The notes under the pieces: generated by a model
What the model was told of the DNA's origin: nothing
Databases searched by the model: none
The model's input: the letters and a program-made list of their open reading frames with translations, nothing else
In this document: piece after piece, positions 1 through 10,546 of the stretch
Numbering within the stretch: position 1 is the stretch's first letter
How the letters are laid out: every line of letters begins with the position of its first letter
From: an uncultured Chroococcidiopsis sp.
Lineage (GTDB): Bacteria; Cyanobacteriota; Cyanobacteriia; Cyanobacteriales; Chroococcidiopsidaceae
Assembly (NCBI GenBank): GCA_964248365.1
Contig: CAXTYC010000018.1
Span: forward strand, 32,001-96,000
Direction of reading: 5' to 3'
Length of the DNA: 64,000 nucleotides
Translations under genes and position numbers: made by a program

Positions 1-121
1 ACAGTACTGCTGTAGTTAATCAATTGGATGCAATTGTTACTCGCAATCCTCAAGATTTTCCTGTTGTTACTCCAAGAATTTTGACTCCTCAACAGTTAAT
101 TCAAGAATTAATAAATTATTA

Positions 122-138
122 GGTGGGCAATGCCCACC
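122..138. repeat. REP-like palindrome GGTGGGCA-A-TGCCCACC (second copy 37191-37213, half copy at about 26562)
   Basis: 8-bp arms with a flanking GTAG/CTAC, recurring in intergenic DNA. Confidence 0.7.
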
Positions 139-145
139 CTACAAA

Positions 146-1543
146 TTACACAGCTGCGTCCAACTGTGACTCAGATACCCAAGTACCGTGGAATCCATAA
201 GGTACTCGCTGGGGAATGATTACCCGCGCTACAGGTTCACTTGTAAAATCTTGGGCGTTCACTACGACTAGTTCAGAAGTATCCTGGGCGGTGTCGTGGA
301 TAAAAGTTACAAGCCAGCCATCATCCTCTTGTGTTGCACCAGGGCGAGGTACAAATACAGCCTCACCGCCATAGCGCCCCTTGCCAAATTCATGGCTTTG
401 GGATTTACCACTGTCGAGATCGTATTTGATTAAGCCGTCGAATAGTGGTGTGGAACTCTTCGCAGATTTTGCTGTGTAGCCATATCGGGTTTGCCGTCCT
501 AATAGATTTTCGTTGATGCGGGGAAATTCCGCTTCTACATCGTCTAGCATCTGTTCGCGCACAGTACCTGTTTTAAGGTTGAACCGCCACTGATGCAGGC
601 GGGGGATATTGCCTTCAGAATCTGATTGTGTATTTTGAGACATCAAGATAGTGGTAGAATTCATGCGACAGGCAATTAGTACTACTTCGTCGCCTTCTTC
701 GTAAGCGTTGAGGGTATGGAAGATGTAGCAAGCTGGACTTTCAAACCAGCGGATGTTGCTATTATCGCCCCATCGGGGAAGAATACCAAAACGACTGGGG
801 CGATCGCGCTCAAACATCATTAAAGGTTCTCCCCGTCGCATCCTTTCTACACTGAAAGTCACAGGCAGATCCATAAAGATTGTATAGTCTTCGCTAATGG
901 CAAAATCATGCATCATCACCGCCATCGGTAGATCAATCGGTACTGTCCGCAACAATTCACCTTCAGGCGAAACTATGCTGTATTTTAGATAAGGTGGCGC
1001 AAACGAGTAGCCAAAGAACATCATTTCGCCTGTCACTGGATCTACTTTAGGATGTGCCGTGAAGGCAGAAGCTAGCTTGCCATTATATGTATATTCGCCA
1101 ACTGTCTCTAACTGGGGAACCTTAATCGCGTGAGGCGCACCACCTTCCCACGTAGCTAACATTTGACCACTGTGCCACACTAGGGCAGTATTTGCCGGAT
1201 TTTTGCCGAATCCGTAGGGGTTGTCCTTGCGCGGTGCTTCTAACAGTCCACTCCAAACCGCCTTACCCGCTTGTTGCTCGATTTTCCATGCTCGTGTTTG
1301 CACATAGCGGTTGCGATAAGTGGCTTTACCATTGCTAATTCGTAGCCCGTGTAACATTCCATCCCCATCAAACCAGTGATATTGTCCTATAGGTGTCCAC
1401 TGGGGATTAGGACCATTACGCACGAACATACCAGATAAATCGGCTGGTAACTCACCTATTACCTTCAGCGACTGGGTTGTGATTTCTTTTTGCACTGGCG
1501 CAAAGTTAGCATCAAGATAAGGATTGATTGCTGTTGTTTCCAT
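146..1543 (-). CDS. Carotenoid oxygenase (RPE65/CCD family)
   Basis: RNGPNP, HWFDGDGMLH, TAHPK, MHDF, E-FPRIN and PYGFHG motifs. Likely start METTAINPY at 1543. Confidence 0.92.
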   Translation of the reverse strand: METTAINPYLDANFAPVQKEITTQSLKVIGELPADLSGMFVRNGPNPQWTPIGQYHWFDGDGMLHGLRISNGKATYRNRYVQTRAWKIEQQAGKAVWSGLLEAPRKDNPYGFGKNPANTALVWHSGQMLATWEGGAPHAIKVPQLETVGEYTYNGKLASAFTAHPKVDPVTGEMMFFGYSFAPPYLKYSIVSPEGELLRTVPIDLPMAVMMHDFAISEDYTIFMDLPVTFSVERMRRGEPLMMFERDRPSRFGILPRWGDNSNIRWFESPACYIFHTLNAYEEGDEVVLIACRMNSTTILMSQNTQSDSEGNIPRLHQWRFNLKTGTVREQMLDDVEAEFPRINENLLGRQTRYGYTAKSAKSSTPLFDGLIKYDLDSGKSQSHEFGKGRYGGEAVFVPRPGATQEDDGWLVTFIHDTAQDTSELVVVNAQDFTSEPVARVIIPQRVPYGFHGTWVSESQLDAAV

Positions 1544-1677
1544 TGGATCTGTTTTGTCTGCTTGGCACTTTGTCCAATATATGCGCGATCGCAAACAGTT
1601 GTGATTCGCCGAAAGCTAGAGGTAGTAATTGGGAACGATTCTAAGTAAGGATATTTCAAATTTTCAAAGCTCTAATT

Positions 1678-3123
1678 ATGAATCTCCCAGAAACAACCAC
1701 TTGGAATCAAGCCCACGCCACCTTCAAAAAAATTTGGGGTTATGAAGATTTTCGTCCACCCCAAGGGGAAATTATCAGCAGCTTATTATCTGGAAAAGAT
1801 GCTTTAGTAGTTATGCCCACAGGGGGAGGTAAATCTATTTGTTTTCAACTTCCGGCTTTGCTGCAAACAGGATTAACTCTGGTGGTTTCGCCCTTGGTTG
1901 CTTTGATGGAAAATCAGGTAAAGGAATTACGCGATCGCCATCTTCCAGCCGCCTTGTTACACAGTGAATTGCCAAGTTTTGAGCGATCGCAAACTCTCAA
2001 ACAACTCGAAAGACAACAACTAAGATTACTCTATCTGTCCCCAGAAACACTACTAAGTCAACAAGTTTGGCAACTTCTATGTCAGCCTCAGCTAAAAATT
2101 ACAGGCTTAATACTCGATGAAGCACATTGTCTAGTGCAGTGGGGAGATACTTTTCGACCAGCTTATCGGCGTTTAGGTGCAGTACGTCCAGCTTTATTGA
2201 AGTATAAACCACCTGGGACACAAATAGCGATCGCTGCCTTCACAGCTACAGCCGATCCGATTGCTCAGCAAACTATTGAGCAAGTCTTACAATTACAAAA
2301 ACCAGATATTTTTCTGCAAAATCCCTATCGAGAAAATCTCCACCTCAAAGTACAAACAATTTGGACACCGCGAGGACGTAAACAACAGCTATTAAAATTC
2401 ATAAAGGAAAAACCTGGTGAAGCGGGGTTAATTTACGTCCGTACCCGTCGAGATAGCGAGAGTTTAGCCGAGTGGTTGGAACAACAGGGATATACAACTG
2501 CTGCTTATCATGCGGGGTTAAGTCCACAAGAACGCCGCAACCTTGAAGCTAGCTGGCTGAGTGGCGAAAAGCAATTTGTTGTTTGTACGTCAGCGTTCGG
2601 TATGGGGATAAACAAGCCAAATGTTAGATGGGTAGTTCACTTTCATGCCCCATTGTTATTATCTGAGTATGTACAGGAAATTGGCAGGGCAGGTAGGGAT
2701 GGTAAGCCGAGTATAGCTTTGATGTTGATTAGTGAACCGACGGGATGGCTAGATCCAGAAGATAAACAACGACAGAGTTTCTTTGAAAATAAACTGCGAT
2801 CGCAATACTTGCAAGCGCAGCAGCTAGCTAAACAACTCCCAGTTAGAGGCGAGGTTAATACTGTAGCAAAATTTCCTGATGGGGCGATCACCTTATCTCT
2901 TCTCCACAGTGCAAAGCTGTTGGACTGGCAAGATCCATACAACTATATTATTCGTCAACCAGCACGACTTCAATCTCCGTCTAAATTTCCCGCCGCCCTT
3001 CAGATGATACAGTATCTTACGATTAAGCAATGTCGTTGGCATTTTTTGTTAACTGCTTTTGGCTTTGGGAAAGAAGCACCACAAGCAGGTTGTGGACATT
3101 GCGATCGTTGTATACAACAGTGA
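1678..3123 (+). CDS. recQ: ATP-dependent DNA helicase, RecQ family (short form)
   Basis: MPTGGGKS, DEAH, FGMGINKPNVR, QEIGRAGRDG and C-terminal Zn motif CGHCDRC. Confidence 0.93.
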   Translation: MNLPETTTWNQAHATFKKIWGYEDFRPPQGEIISSLLSGKDALVVMPTGGGKSICFQLPALLQTGLTLVVSPLVALMENQVKELRDRHLPAALLHSELPSFERSQTLKQLERQQLRLLYLSPETLLSQQVWQLLCQPQLKITGLILDEAHCLVQWGDTFRPAYRRLGAVRPALLKYKPPGTQIAIAAFTATADPIAQQTIEQVLQLQKPDIFLQNPYRENLHLKVQTIWTPRGRKQQLLKFIKEKPGEAGLIYVRTRRDSESLAEWLEQQGYTTAAYHAGLSPQERRNLEASWLSGEKQFVVCTSAFGMGINKPNVRWVVHFHAPLLLSEYVQEIGRAGRDGKPSIALMLISEPTGWLDPEDKQRQSFFENKLRSQYLQAQQLAKQLPVRGEVNTVAKFPDGAITLSLLHSAKLLDWQDPYNYIIRQPARLQSPSKFPAALQMIQYLTIKQCRWHFLLTAFGFGKEAPQAGCGHCDRCIQQ

Positions 3124-3223
3124 TGAAATTATTAAGTTAATTTAAACTAGTCCTAGCTTCCAGGCTCAGCTTGGAAGCAGGGTAAGGCTTCGCCTTGAGA
3201 TTGTTCGCTTTCTATAAAAACTT

Positions 3224-4264
3224 ATGAGTAACAATTTAGAGCAATTTGCGAGTGATAACGGTGCTGGGATTTGTCCTGAAGCACTGGAATACATGATTAA
3301 AGCAAATCATGGTAGTGCGCCTGCTTATGGTAATGATGAATGGACGCAAAAAGCCACAGATTATTTTCGAGAACTATTTGAAATTGACTGTGAGGTATTT
3401 TTTGTCTTTAACGGTACAGCCGCAAATTCTTTATCATTAGCCGCACTTTGTCAGTCCTACCACAGCGTCATTTGTCATGAGACAGCACATATAGAAACAG
3501 ATGAATGTGGTGCGCCTGAATTTGCTTCCAACGGTTCTAAACTTCTACTTGCAAAAGGGGAAAATGGTAAGTTAACTCCCCATGCTATAGAAGCAATTGT
3601 AAATAAACGAACTGATATTCACTTTCCCAAACCTAAAGTTATTAGTATCACTCAAACTACTGAATTGGGAACTATATATTCTGTTGAGGAACTAGTAGCT
3701 ATTAAAGAAGTCGTACAAAAGTATAATTTAAAGCTTCACATGGATGGCGCTCGGTTTGCTAATGCAGTTGTTGCTATGAATAAAAGTCCGGCTGAAATTA
3801 CCTGGAAAAGTGGAGTAGATGTATTGTGTTTTTGTGGGACAAAGAATGGTATGGCGATGGGCGAAGCTATTATTTTCTTCAACAAAGCCTCTTCTGAAGA
3901 TTTTGAATATCGTTGTAAACAGGCTGGTCAACTAGCGTCAAAAATGCGCTTTATTTCTGCTCCTTGGTTAGGTTTGTTGGAAACTGGCGCGTGGATTAAA
4001 AATGCACGACACGCCAATTCTTGCGCTGAATATTTAGAAAATAAGCTATTAGATATAGAAGGCGTTAATATTCTGTTTCCTAGACAAGCAAATGGTGTTT
4101 TTGTCAAGTTACCTGAGCAGGTAATTAAAAAATTAAGAGATAACTGGCAATTTTATACATTTATTGGTGGAGGAGTGCGATTAATGTGTTCTTGGAACAC
4201 AACGCAGTCAAGAATTGATGAATTGGTAGGCGATATTAGGGAAGCGATGGTAAATTATTTGTAA
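3224..4264 (+). CDS. Low-specificity L-threonine aldolase
   Basis: FASDN, NGTAAN, HMDGARFANA and GTKNG (PLP lysine). Confidence 0.9.
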   Translation: MSNNLEQFASDNGAGICPEALEYMIKANHGSAPAYGNDEWTQKATDYFRELFEIDCEVFFVFNGTAANSLSLAALCQSYHSVICHETAHIETDECGAPEFASNGSKLLLAKGENGKLTPHAIEAIVNKRTDIHFPKPKVISITQTTELGTIYSVEELVAIKEVVQKYNLKLHMDGARFANAVVAMNKSPAEITWKSGVDVLCFCGTKNGMAMGEAIIFFNKASSEDFEYRCKQAGQLASKMRFISAPWLGLLETGAWIKNARHANSCAEYLENKLLDIEGVNILFPRQANGVFVKLPEQVIKKLRDNWQFYTFIGGGVRLMCSWNTTQSRIDELVGDIREAMVNYL

Positions 4265-4344
4265 TTCGTAATTAACTATTAGCTGTCTCCTTTATACTTG
4301 TTCAAAAGTAGTTACTGTGGGGTTGAGCGTTCAAATAATCCACT

Positions 4345-4923
4345 TTAGGGGGCATCAAACTCAACCTTATCGTAAATATCTGTTAACGACACTTGAACTT
4401 GAATAGAATTTAAAGTTAATATAGTATTCTTACCATCATATTCAGAAAGTAACCATTTGTTATCAGCAGTTTTGGCAAATTGTTCAACGTGCATCTCTGC
4501 TTGAGAAAGCAAAACATATTCCAACAAAGTAGGAATAGTACGGTAAAGCCTAAACTTTTCACCTCGGTCATAGTTGGCGGTAGATTCTGATAATACCTCT
4601 GCAATTATTAGCGGATTGGTAATTGTATCTCTCCTACCTTCGGCAAATTGTAGCTGTCCTGAAACCACCATCACATCTGGATAGGTGTAAAGTCGGACTT
4701 GAGGTATCCATAAGCGCATATCGCCTATGAATACATCATATGCTTGTCCTTTCAAAGCAAAATTCAGTGCTGCGTAAAAATTACCTGCGATTCGATTGTG
4801 ATTTGGTGTTCCACCAGCTATAGGAATAATTAGACCATCACGATATTCACTTTTAGATTCAGCAGCGGTTTGTATTTCTAAATATTCTTCTGGTGAGTAG
4901 TCTCGCTTTTCTTTAGTTTGCAT
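4345..4923 (-). CDS. Uma2 family (DUF820) endonuclease-like protein
   Basis: EYRDG, YPDVMV and EVLSESTANYDRGEKF motifs. Confidence 0.9.
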   Translation of the reverse strand: MQTKEKRDYSPEEYLEIQTAAESKSEYRDGLIIPIAGGTPNHNRIAGNFYAALNFALKGQAYDVFIGDMRLWIPQVRLYTYPDVMVVSGQLQFAEGRRDTITNPLIIAEVLSESTANYDRGEKFRLYRTIPTLLEYVLLSQAEMHVEQFAKTADNKWLLSEYDGKNTILTLNSIQVQVSLTDIYDKVEFDAP

Positions 4924-5010
4924 ATTTTTGATTGCTTTATAATTTAACCAATGTTGTAGAAACGTTATATATAACGTTTTTACATTATATACAACGTCTC
5001 TACGTTGGAT

Positions 5011-5412
5011 CTATCCCATCAAAATCACTGTATCAATTACATGAATTACACCGTTATCGGCTTCGATATCTGGAGCTAGAACAGTGGCATTTTTCACCTC
5101 AAATCCATCAGAACAATCAATTCTAATTGGTGAACCTTCCACCGAGGTGACAGAATTGAGTTTTGCCAAATCAGCTTTCATTAACTTACCAGGAACAACA
5201 TGATAAGTCAGAATTCTTGACAATTGTGGTATATTCTGTAATAGAGTTTGGATAGTTCCAGGTGGAAGTTTGGCAAAGGCATCATCATTAGGTGCAAAGA
5301 CAGTGAAGGGACCAGGACTTTTGAGCGTGTCCACTAAACTAGCAGCTTGTACCGCCGCTACTAGAGTGTTGAAAGAACCCGCGCCAACAGCAATATCTAC
5401 TATATCAGCCAT
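5011..5412 (-). CDS. Fasciclin domain protein
   Basis: [11 protein letters not shown] and [10 protein letters not shown]. Confidence 0.92.
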   Translation of the reverse strand: MADIVDIAVGAGSFNTLVAAVQAASLVDTLKSPGPFTVFAPNDDAFAKLPPGTIQTLLQNIPQLSRILTYHVVPGKLMKADLAKLNSVTSVEGSPIRIDCSDGFEVKNATVLAPDIEADNGVIHVIDTVILMG

Positions 5413-5563
5413 GTATTTTCACTCTTTTCTGAATAAAAGGCTCAATTAAAGAGATTAAACTAATTTTCGTTTGACAAGCGATCGCTTGACCACTTAACCT
5501 ACAATATTTTCATAACAGCCTCCCCTGCGTCCTCTTGCTTACCCTTCACTCTTAAGATGGTGT

Positions 5564-5722
5564 TTACGGGTAAAGATATAGTTCTTTATACAGTATAAAG
5601 ACGACAAGCAGGACGAAGGCAGCAATGATAGCGGTGTCTCGAACTTCATCACTATTAACACCAAGATATTATCAAATAAGAAGTGATTGAGGTTGATGAG
5701 GTTGTCTTTTTGAACTATTGGT
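5564..5722 (-). pseudogene. Internal fragment of a Mn/Zn ABC permease (MntB/ZnuB-like)
   Basis: Manual translation gives IVQKDNLINLNHFLFDNI /frameshift/ GVNSDEVRDTAIIAAFVLLVVFILYKEL. Confidence 0.65.
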
Positions 5723-5759
5723 TAATTCTATTCGGGATACATTGATTTTGGTTTAATCA

Positions 5760-6211
5760 GAGGATAAAAAGAAATTTACCCAGAATGCGACGCGACTAAC
5801 GACTCAATTGAAGCAATTGGATAGGTGGTAACTCACGGAAATTCAAACTATCCCACCTGATAAGCCCAGATTGGTAACAACGCACGATGCATTTCAATAT
5901 TATGGTGGTGGGTATGGAATTGCGATCGCAGGCACTTTAATTGGTATCAGTACAGAAGAACAACCCATTAGTAGAGGCGGTCAAAAAAGCCCAGGTTCCG
6001 GCAATTTTCGCCGAAACTACAATCAATCCGGCTCTAATTACTACAGTTGCTCAAGAAGCAGGAGTAAAACTAGCTAAGCCAACTCTACTCAGATTCGATT
6101 GGATCACCAGGTAGTGAGGGAGATTCGTATATAAAGATGATGCAGTCGAATACGCGCACGACTGTAGAGGCGTTGGGGGGAAAGTATACGCCATTTGTGC
6201 CATCTCGGTAG
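5760..6211 (+). pseudogene. 3' fragment of a Mn/Zn ABC substrate-binding protein (MntC/ZnuA-like)
   Basis: LVTTHDAFQYY, ISTEEQP, IFAETTINP and LYSDSIG...DSYIKMM spread over several frames, with an internal stop and no 5' half. Confidence 0.8.
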
Positions 6212-6271
6212 GGGCGGGTTTAACGCAAAGATTTGTTACAAAACAGATATGTTAGAAAAACCCGCCCCCAC
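6208..6271. repeat. REPIN-like inverted pair GTAGGGGCGGGTTT...AAACCCGCCCCCAC (related copy about 14589-14653)
   Basis: Inverted GC-rich arms with a GTAG end. Confidence 0.6.
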
Positions 6272-6369
6272 CCCATCCAAAATCTATGGGTTCAAAATAT
6301 TATAAAGGAGCGATCGCCCAATATTTAGGCTAGACGAGTTATAATCCCAAGGTCTGGTCAAACTGTGGC

Positions 6370-7680
6370 ATGGATAGCAAACAACGACCTATTGGTATGG
6401 ATTTGTTCGCGGGCGCTGGTGGCATGACGCTTGGCTTTGAACAAGCTGGGTTTGACGTGCTTGCTGCTGTTGAGTTAGACCCAATTCATTGTGCCACCCA
6501 CGAATTCAACTTTCCGTTGTGGTCTATCTTGTGTAAGAGTGTCGTAGATACAACAGGTACAGAAATTAGAAACCGTTCTGCTATTGGAAACTCTGATATA
6601 GATGTTGTATTTGGGGGTTCACCTTGCCAGGGATTTTCGCTGATTGGCAGACGCGCTTTAGATGATCCCCGCAATGCTCTTGTATTTCACTTCTTGCGGC
6701 TAGTTTTAGAGCTACAACCTAAATACTTTGTATTTGAGAATGTACCAGGGCTGACAGTTGGTAAGCATCGGCAGTTTCTCTTAGAAATTATCGAAGAGTT
6801 TAACTCTAATGGCTATGAAGTAGAAACAAATTATAAAGTCCTTAATGCTGCCAATTACGGAGTACCGCAGGACAGAGCCAGATTATTTCTTCTAGGATGT
6901 CGCAAAGGTTTATCTCTACCTAAATATCCCCAACCAATTACTAAACCCACAAGAGATATTATTCACAAGGCATCTACATTGTCCGATTTGCCAGTTTGTC
7001 CTACAGTTTGGGATGCCATAGCTGACCTACCAGAGGTAGAATTATATCCCGAATTACTGACGAGAGATTGGGTAATAGCCGAGTACGGCAAACCTAGCAA
7101 TTACAGCAGTTCTTTGCGTGGTCTTTTACCTCATGAGGATGACAATGAGTATGAGCGGCTATTCGATCCAAGAATCTTAACCTCAAGCCTGCGAACAAAG
7201 CACAGCTTAGAATCTATTGCTAGATTTTCTGCCACAAATTCTGGGGCAACTGAGCCTATTAGCCGCTTTTATAAACTCGATCCTCAAGGCATTTGCAACA
7301 CTCTCAGAGCTGGAACAGCTAGTAACCGAGGCGCTTTTACCTCTCCTCGCCCAATTCATCCCACCCGTCCTCGATGTATTACTGTCCGCGAGGCAGCGCG
7401 ACTGCATTCATACCCAGACTGGTTTCGGTTTCATGTGACAAAGTGGCACGGTTTCCGGCAAATCGGAAATTCAGTACCACCCCTACTAGCAAAAGCAGTT
7501 GCAACAGAAATTATTCGCGCGCTGCGTGTAGTTCCAGTTAAGCCAAAACACAAGTTACCCCTAGCAAATGAGAAATTGCTTCAATTAAATATGTCGCAAG
7601 CGGCTCAAATTTATGGTGTTCCTGCAAACGTTATAGAGCCGAGAACAAGACAGACCGAAAAAAAGGTTAGTCATGGCTAA
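6370..7680 (+). CDS. DNA (cytosine-5) methyltransferase resembling CGATCG-specific M.XorII/M.Ssp6803I type
   Basis: DLFAGAGG, GSPCQGFS, ENV, QDRARLF and QIGNSVPP. TRD segment TLRAGT..RGAFTSPRPIHP. Specificity inferred from recalled similarity. Confidence 0.9.
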   Translation: MDSKQRPIGMDLFAGAGGMTLGFEQAGFDVLAAVELDPIHCATHEFNFPLWSILCKSVVDTTGTEIRNRSAIGNSDIDVVFGGSPCQGFSLIGRRALDDPRNALVFHFLRLVLELQPKYFVFENVPGLTVGKHRQFLLEIIEEFNSNGYEVETNYKVLNAANYGVPQDRARLFLLGCRKGLSLPKYPQPITKPTRDIIHKASTLSDLPVCPTVWDAIADLPEVELYPELLTRDWVIAEYGKPSNYSSSLRGLLPHEDDNEYERLFDPRILTSSLRTKHSLESIARFSATNSGATEPISRFYKLDPQGICNTLRAGTASNRGAFTSPRPIHPTRPRCITVREAARLHSYPDWFRFHVTKWHGFRQIGNSVPPLLAKAVATEIIRALRVVPVKPKHKLPLANEKLLQLNMSQAAQIYGVPANVIEPRTRQTEKKVSHG

Positions 7681-8476
7681 GGCGAGAAACCAGCCTGGAA
7701 GATACGACGCTATTATCGTAGAGATTTTTCAGCGGCACTATCAGCAAGGAATTGAAAGTTTTGAGTTTAGCCGTTCTGAATTTGCCCAAGTAGCAGATCA
7801 CCTTAATGTTGTTTTGCCTAAAAATATTGGTGACGTTCTTTATTCATTCCGTTTTCGGAGAGATCTACCAAAGGAAATCTTAGACACTGCACCCACTGGT
7901 TTGGAATGGGTGATTGAACTAGCTGGACACGCTACTTATAGGTTCCGGCTTAGCCAGATTAATCGTATACTTCCCAACTCTAATCTTATACAGATTAAGA
8001 TTCCTGACTCTACACCTGAAATCATTGCAAAGTATGCATTGAGCGATGAGCAAGCTTTGCTGGCAAAGGTACGCTACAGCCGTCTAATAGACATATTTCT
8101 GGGAATTACAACATATTCCTTGCAAAACCATCTCCGAACTACTGTCCCAGATATTGGTCAAATCGAAATTGACGAAATCTATGTTGGTGTGAACCGTAAT
8201 GGAACACATTTCGTGATTCCGGTTCAAGCAAAAGGTGGAAATGACCAACTTGGAATTGTTCAGACTAAGCAAGACATCGCCTGTTGTGCAGTAAAGTTTC
8301 CAGAATTGATTTGTCGCCCTGTAGCTGCCCAATTTATGGCAGACAATCTTATAGCGATGTTTGAATTGGCTTTGGAGGGAGACGAGATCGCAGTGGTTGA
8401 AGAAAAGCATTACAAAATGGTTCCGGCAGATGAAATTTATGACGAAGAGTTACGTAGCTATAGAATTCGAGAATAA
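7673..8476 (+). CDS. Putative type II restriction endonuclease (XorII-like)
   Basis: Overlaps the MTase stop by 8 nt. PD-(D/E)xK-like EIDEIY...PVQAK motif. Confidence 0.7.
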   Translation: MAKARNQPGRYDAIIVEIFQRHYQQGIESFEFSRSEFAQVADHLNVVLPKNIGDVLYSFRFRRDLPKEILDTAPTGLEWVIELAGHATYRFRLSQINRILPNSNLIQIKIPDSTPEIIAKYALSDEQALLAKVRYSRLIDIFLGITTYSLQNHLRTTVPDIGQIEIDEIYVGVNRNGTHFVIPVQAKGGNDQLGIVQTKQDIACCAVKFPELICRPVAAQFMADNLIAMFELALEGDEIAVVEEKHYKMVPADEIYDEELRSYRIRE

Positions 8477-8506
8477 AAACGCGACGGCACCCTCCCCATA
8501 TCCAAC

Positions 8507-8570
8507 ACCGTCAAATCGCTACCGAAATTAAATAAAATTAAACTTATCTAAATCTGATAAAACTTAAACA
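8507..8570 (+). repeat. 64-bp direct repeat, copy 1 (copy 2 at 9574-9637, upstream of deoC)
   Basis: ACCGTCAAATCGCTACC...GATAAAACTTAAACA, 2 mismatches between copies. Confidence 0.95.
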
Positions 8571-8572
8571 AA

Positions 8573-9458
8573 AGTGTAAAGGTAGCATTTATTGGTAAGA
8601 ATGCTTATAAACGTTTTCCCAATGATGAAGAATTTCGCACAGCGTTTGTAGTTAAAGATATTTATAATTTGCGTAACTGTAAGTATCTGCTGAGTAAATT
8701 AGAAAACTGCGAACGTCCAAAAGAATTAGTGAATGTAGAAGAATATACTATTGAACACATCATGCCCCAAAATTCCAAATTGTCTAAAGAATGGCAAACC
8801 CAGTTAGGAGAAAGGTGGAAAGAAGTACAAGCAAAATATTTACACACTATTGGGAATCTGACTCTAACTGGCTATAACTGGGAGTATAGCGATCGCCCCT
8901 TCCCAGAAAAGCGAGATATGAAAGATGGCTTTGCTGATAGCCCTCTGCGGTTAAACCGGATGTTGTCAAAGCTTGAACAATGGAATGAAACAGAAATTAA
9001 GAATCGAGCAGAAGCTTTGGCAAATAAAGCTATTAAAGTTTGGTCATTTCCATCCGTACAGTTAAAACTTAAAATTTCGCCCTTTTCTGATGCTTATAGT
9101 AACAATTACATGGAGGATATTTCAGAAGAAATTAAGGATTTATTAGAGACTATTAGGAAACGAATATTAAATATAGATGCCTCAGTTAGAGAGGAGGTTA
9201 AGAAGAAATACATTGCTTATAAAACTAAAACCAACTTTGTAGACATTGCACGTCAGAAAAGCCGCCTTCTCTTGTTTCTTAATATTGGTTTTGAAGAAAT
9301 TAAAGATCCGCGCATGTTTGTGTCGAGACGTATCCAATGTAGGGCATTGGGGTAATGGTGATGTGGAAGTTGGTTTTTCATCCTTAGACCAGATTGATGA
9401 TGTAATGTTTTTAGTACGTCAGGCTTTCAACAAGCACAGCGAGGGTGTGGCTGATTGA
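8573..9458 (+). pseudogene. 3' fragment of a GmrSD-type (DUF1524 HNH + DUF5655-like) restriction protein
   Basis: RFPNDEEF, TIEHIMPQ, IGNLTLTGYN and HWGNGD after a frameshift at about 9315. N-terminal DUF262 domain absent. Confidence 0.8.
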
Positions 9459-9660
9459 AAACGGCTGTGTGCTGATGCTCAAGATTTTTCTCTCTCCCAG
9501 GCAAGAGCCTGGGTACAAGCTTGGGGAAGATCCTATCTCCCCTGTTTTGATAATGCATTGCAAAAGGTAAGAAACCGTCAAATCGCTACCAAAATTAAAT
9601 AAAATTAAATTTATCTAAATCTGATAAAACTTAAACATAAGTAACTACAAGCAACAAACG

Positions 9661-10350
9661 ATGGCGGCAGACTACCGAGAGATTGATATTGCGCCATTTA
9701 TTGATCACTCTCTACTCACTCCGACAGCAACGCCGGAGCAGGTGCAGCAGTGGTGCAATGAAGCAGACAGATTTCAGTTTGCAGCAGTTTGCGTTTATCC
9801 TGTTCATGTGCGCACTGCGGCTGAACTCCTCAAGGGTAAAAATCCTAAAGTCTGTACGGTGATTGGCTTTCCTACCGGAGCAAATACCTCATCCGTGAAG
9901 TTGTATGAGGCTCAGGAGGCGGTAGAAAATGGGGCAACGGAACTAGATGTAGTAATTAATCTAGGCTGGTTGAAAACTGGGAAAACGAATGAACTACACC
10001 GAGAAATCGCCCAAATTTGTGAAGAAACGGGAAAAACAGTCAAAGCAATTTTAGAAACCACCCTCCTGACGGATGCAGAGAAACGACTGGCAGCGGAAAT
10101 ATGTATGGATGCGGGAGTAGCCTTTTTGAAGACCAGTACAGGCTGGAATGGGGGTGCAAGTGTGGCAGATGTGCGAAGTCTCAAACAAGTAGCGAAAGAA
10201 CGGGTAGGCATCAAGGCATCAGGAGGAATTCGTAGTGTTGACCAAGCCTTGGAGTTAATTATGGCAGGCGCAACCCGATTAGGTACTTCGCGCGGTGTAG
10301 ATTTGATCCGCCAACGCGATAACCTGGATAAAGAGGCAACTGAAGTATGA
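9661..10350 (+). CDS. deoC: Deoxyribose-phosphate aldolase
   Basis: IDHSLL, VIGFPTG, KTSTG, KASGGIR and RLGTS. Confidence 0.96.
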   Translation: MAADYREIDIAPFIDHSLLTPTATPEQVQQWCNEADRFQFAAVCVYPVHVRTAAELLKGKNPKVCTVIGFPTGANTSSVKLYEAQEAVENGATELDVVINLGWLKTGKTNELHREIAQICEETGKTVKAILETTLLTDAEKRLAAEICMDAGVAFLKTSTGWNGGASVADVRSLKQVAKERVGIKASGGIRSVDQALELIMAGATRLGTSRGVDLIRQRDNLDKEATEV

Positions 10351-10546
10351 AGTATGAAGTCTTCAGGAGTCAGGAGTCAGGAGTCAGGAGATCCACGAAG
10401 ATCGACCCTGGACAGAATATTAATTCTTTCCCTTTTCCCTTTTCCCTTTTCCCTTTCCCCTTTATCCTTCAACCTTTACCCTTTTTGCCTTCAACCTACC
10501 CCTTCTTCTCCCTAGCCCCTAGCCCCTAGCCCCTAGCCCCTAATTT

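Noticed and set aside
4345..4923. Uma2 genes as part of a defence system
   Set aside because: A highly expanded, scattered family in cyanobacteria with no specific linkage here.
10347..10529. Short ORFs made of FPFSL/LAPSP-type repeats (also 13187-13384, 54630-54815, 63542-63901)
   Set aside because: Translations of heptamer tandem repeats or antisense shadows.
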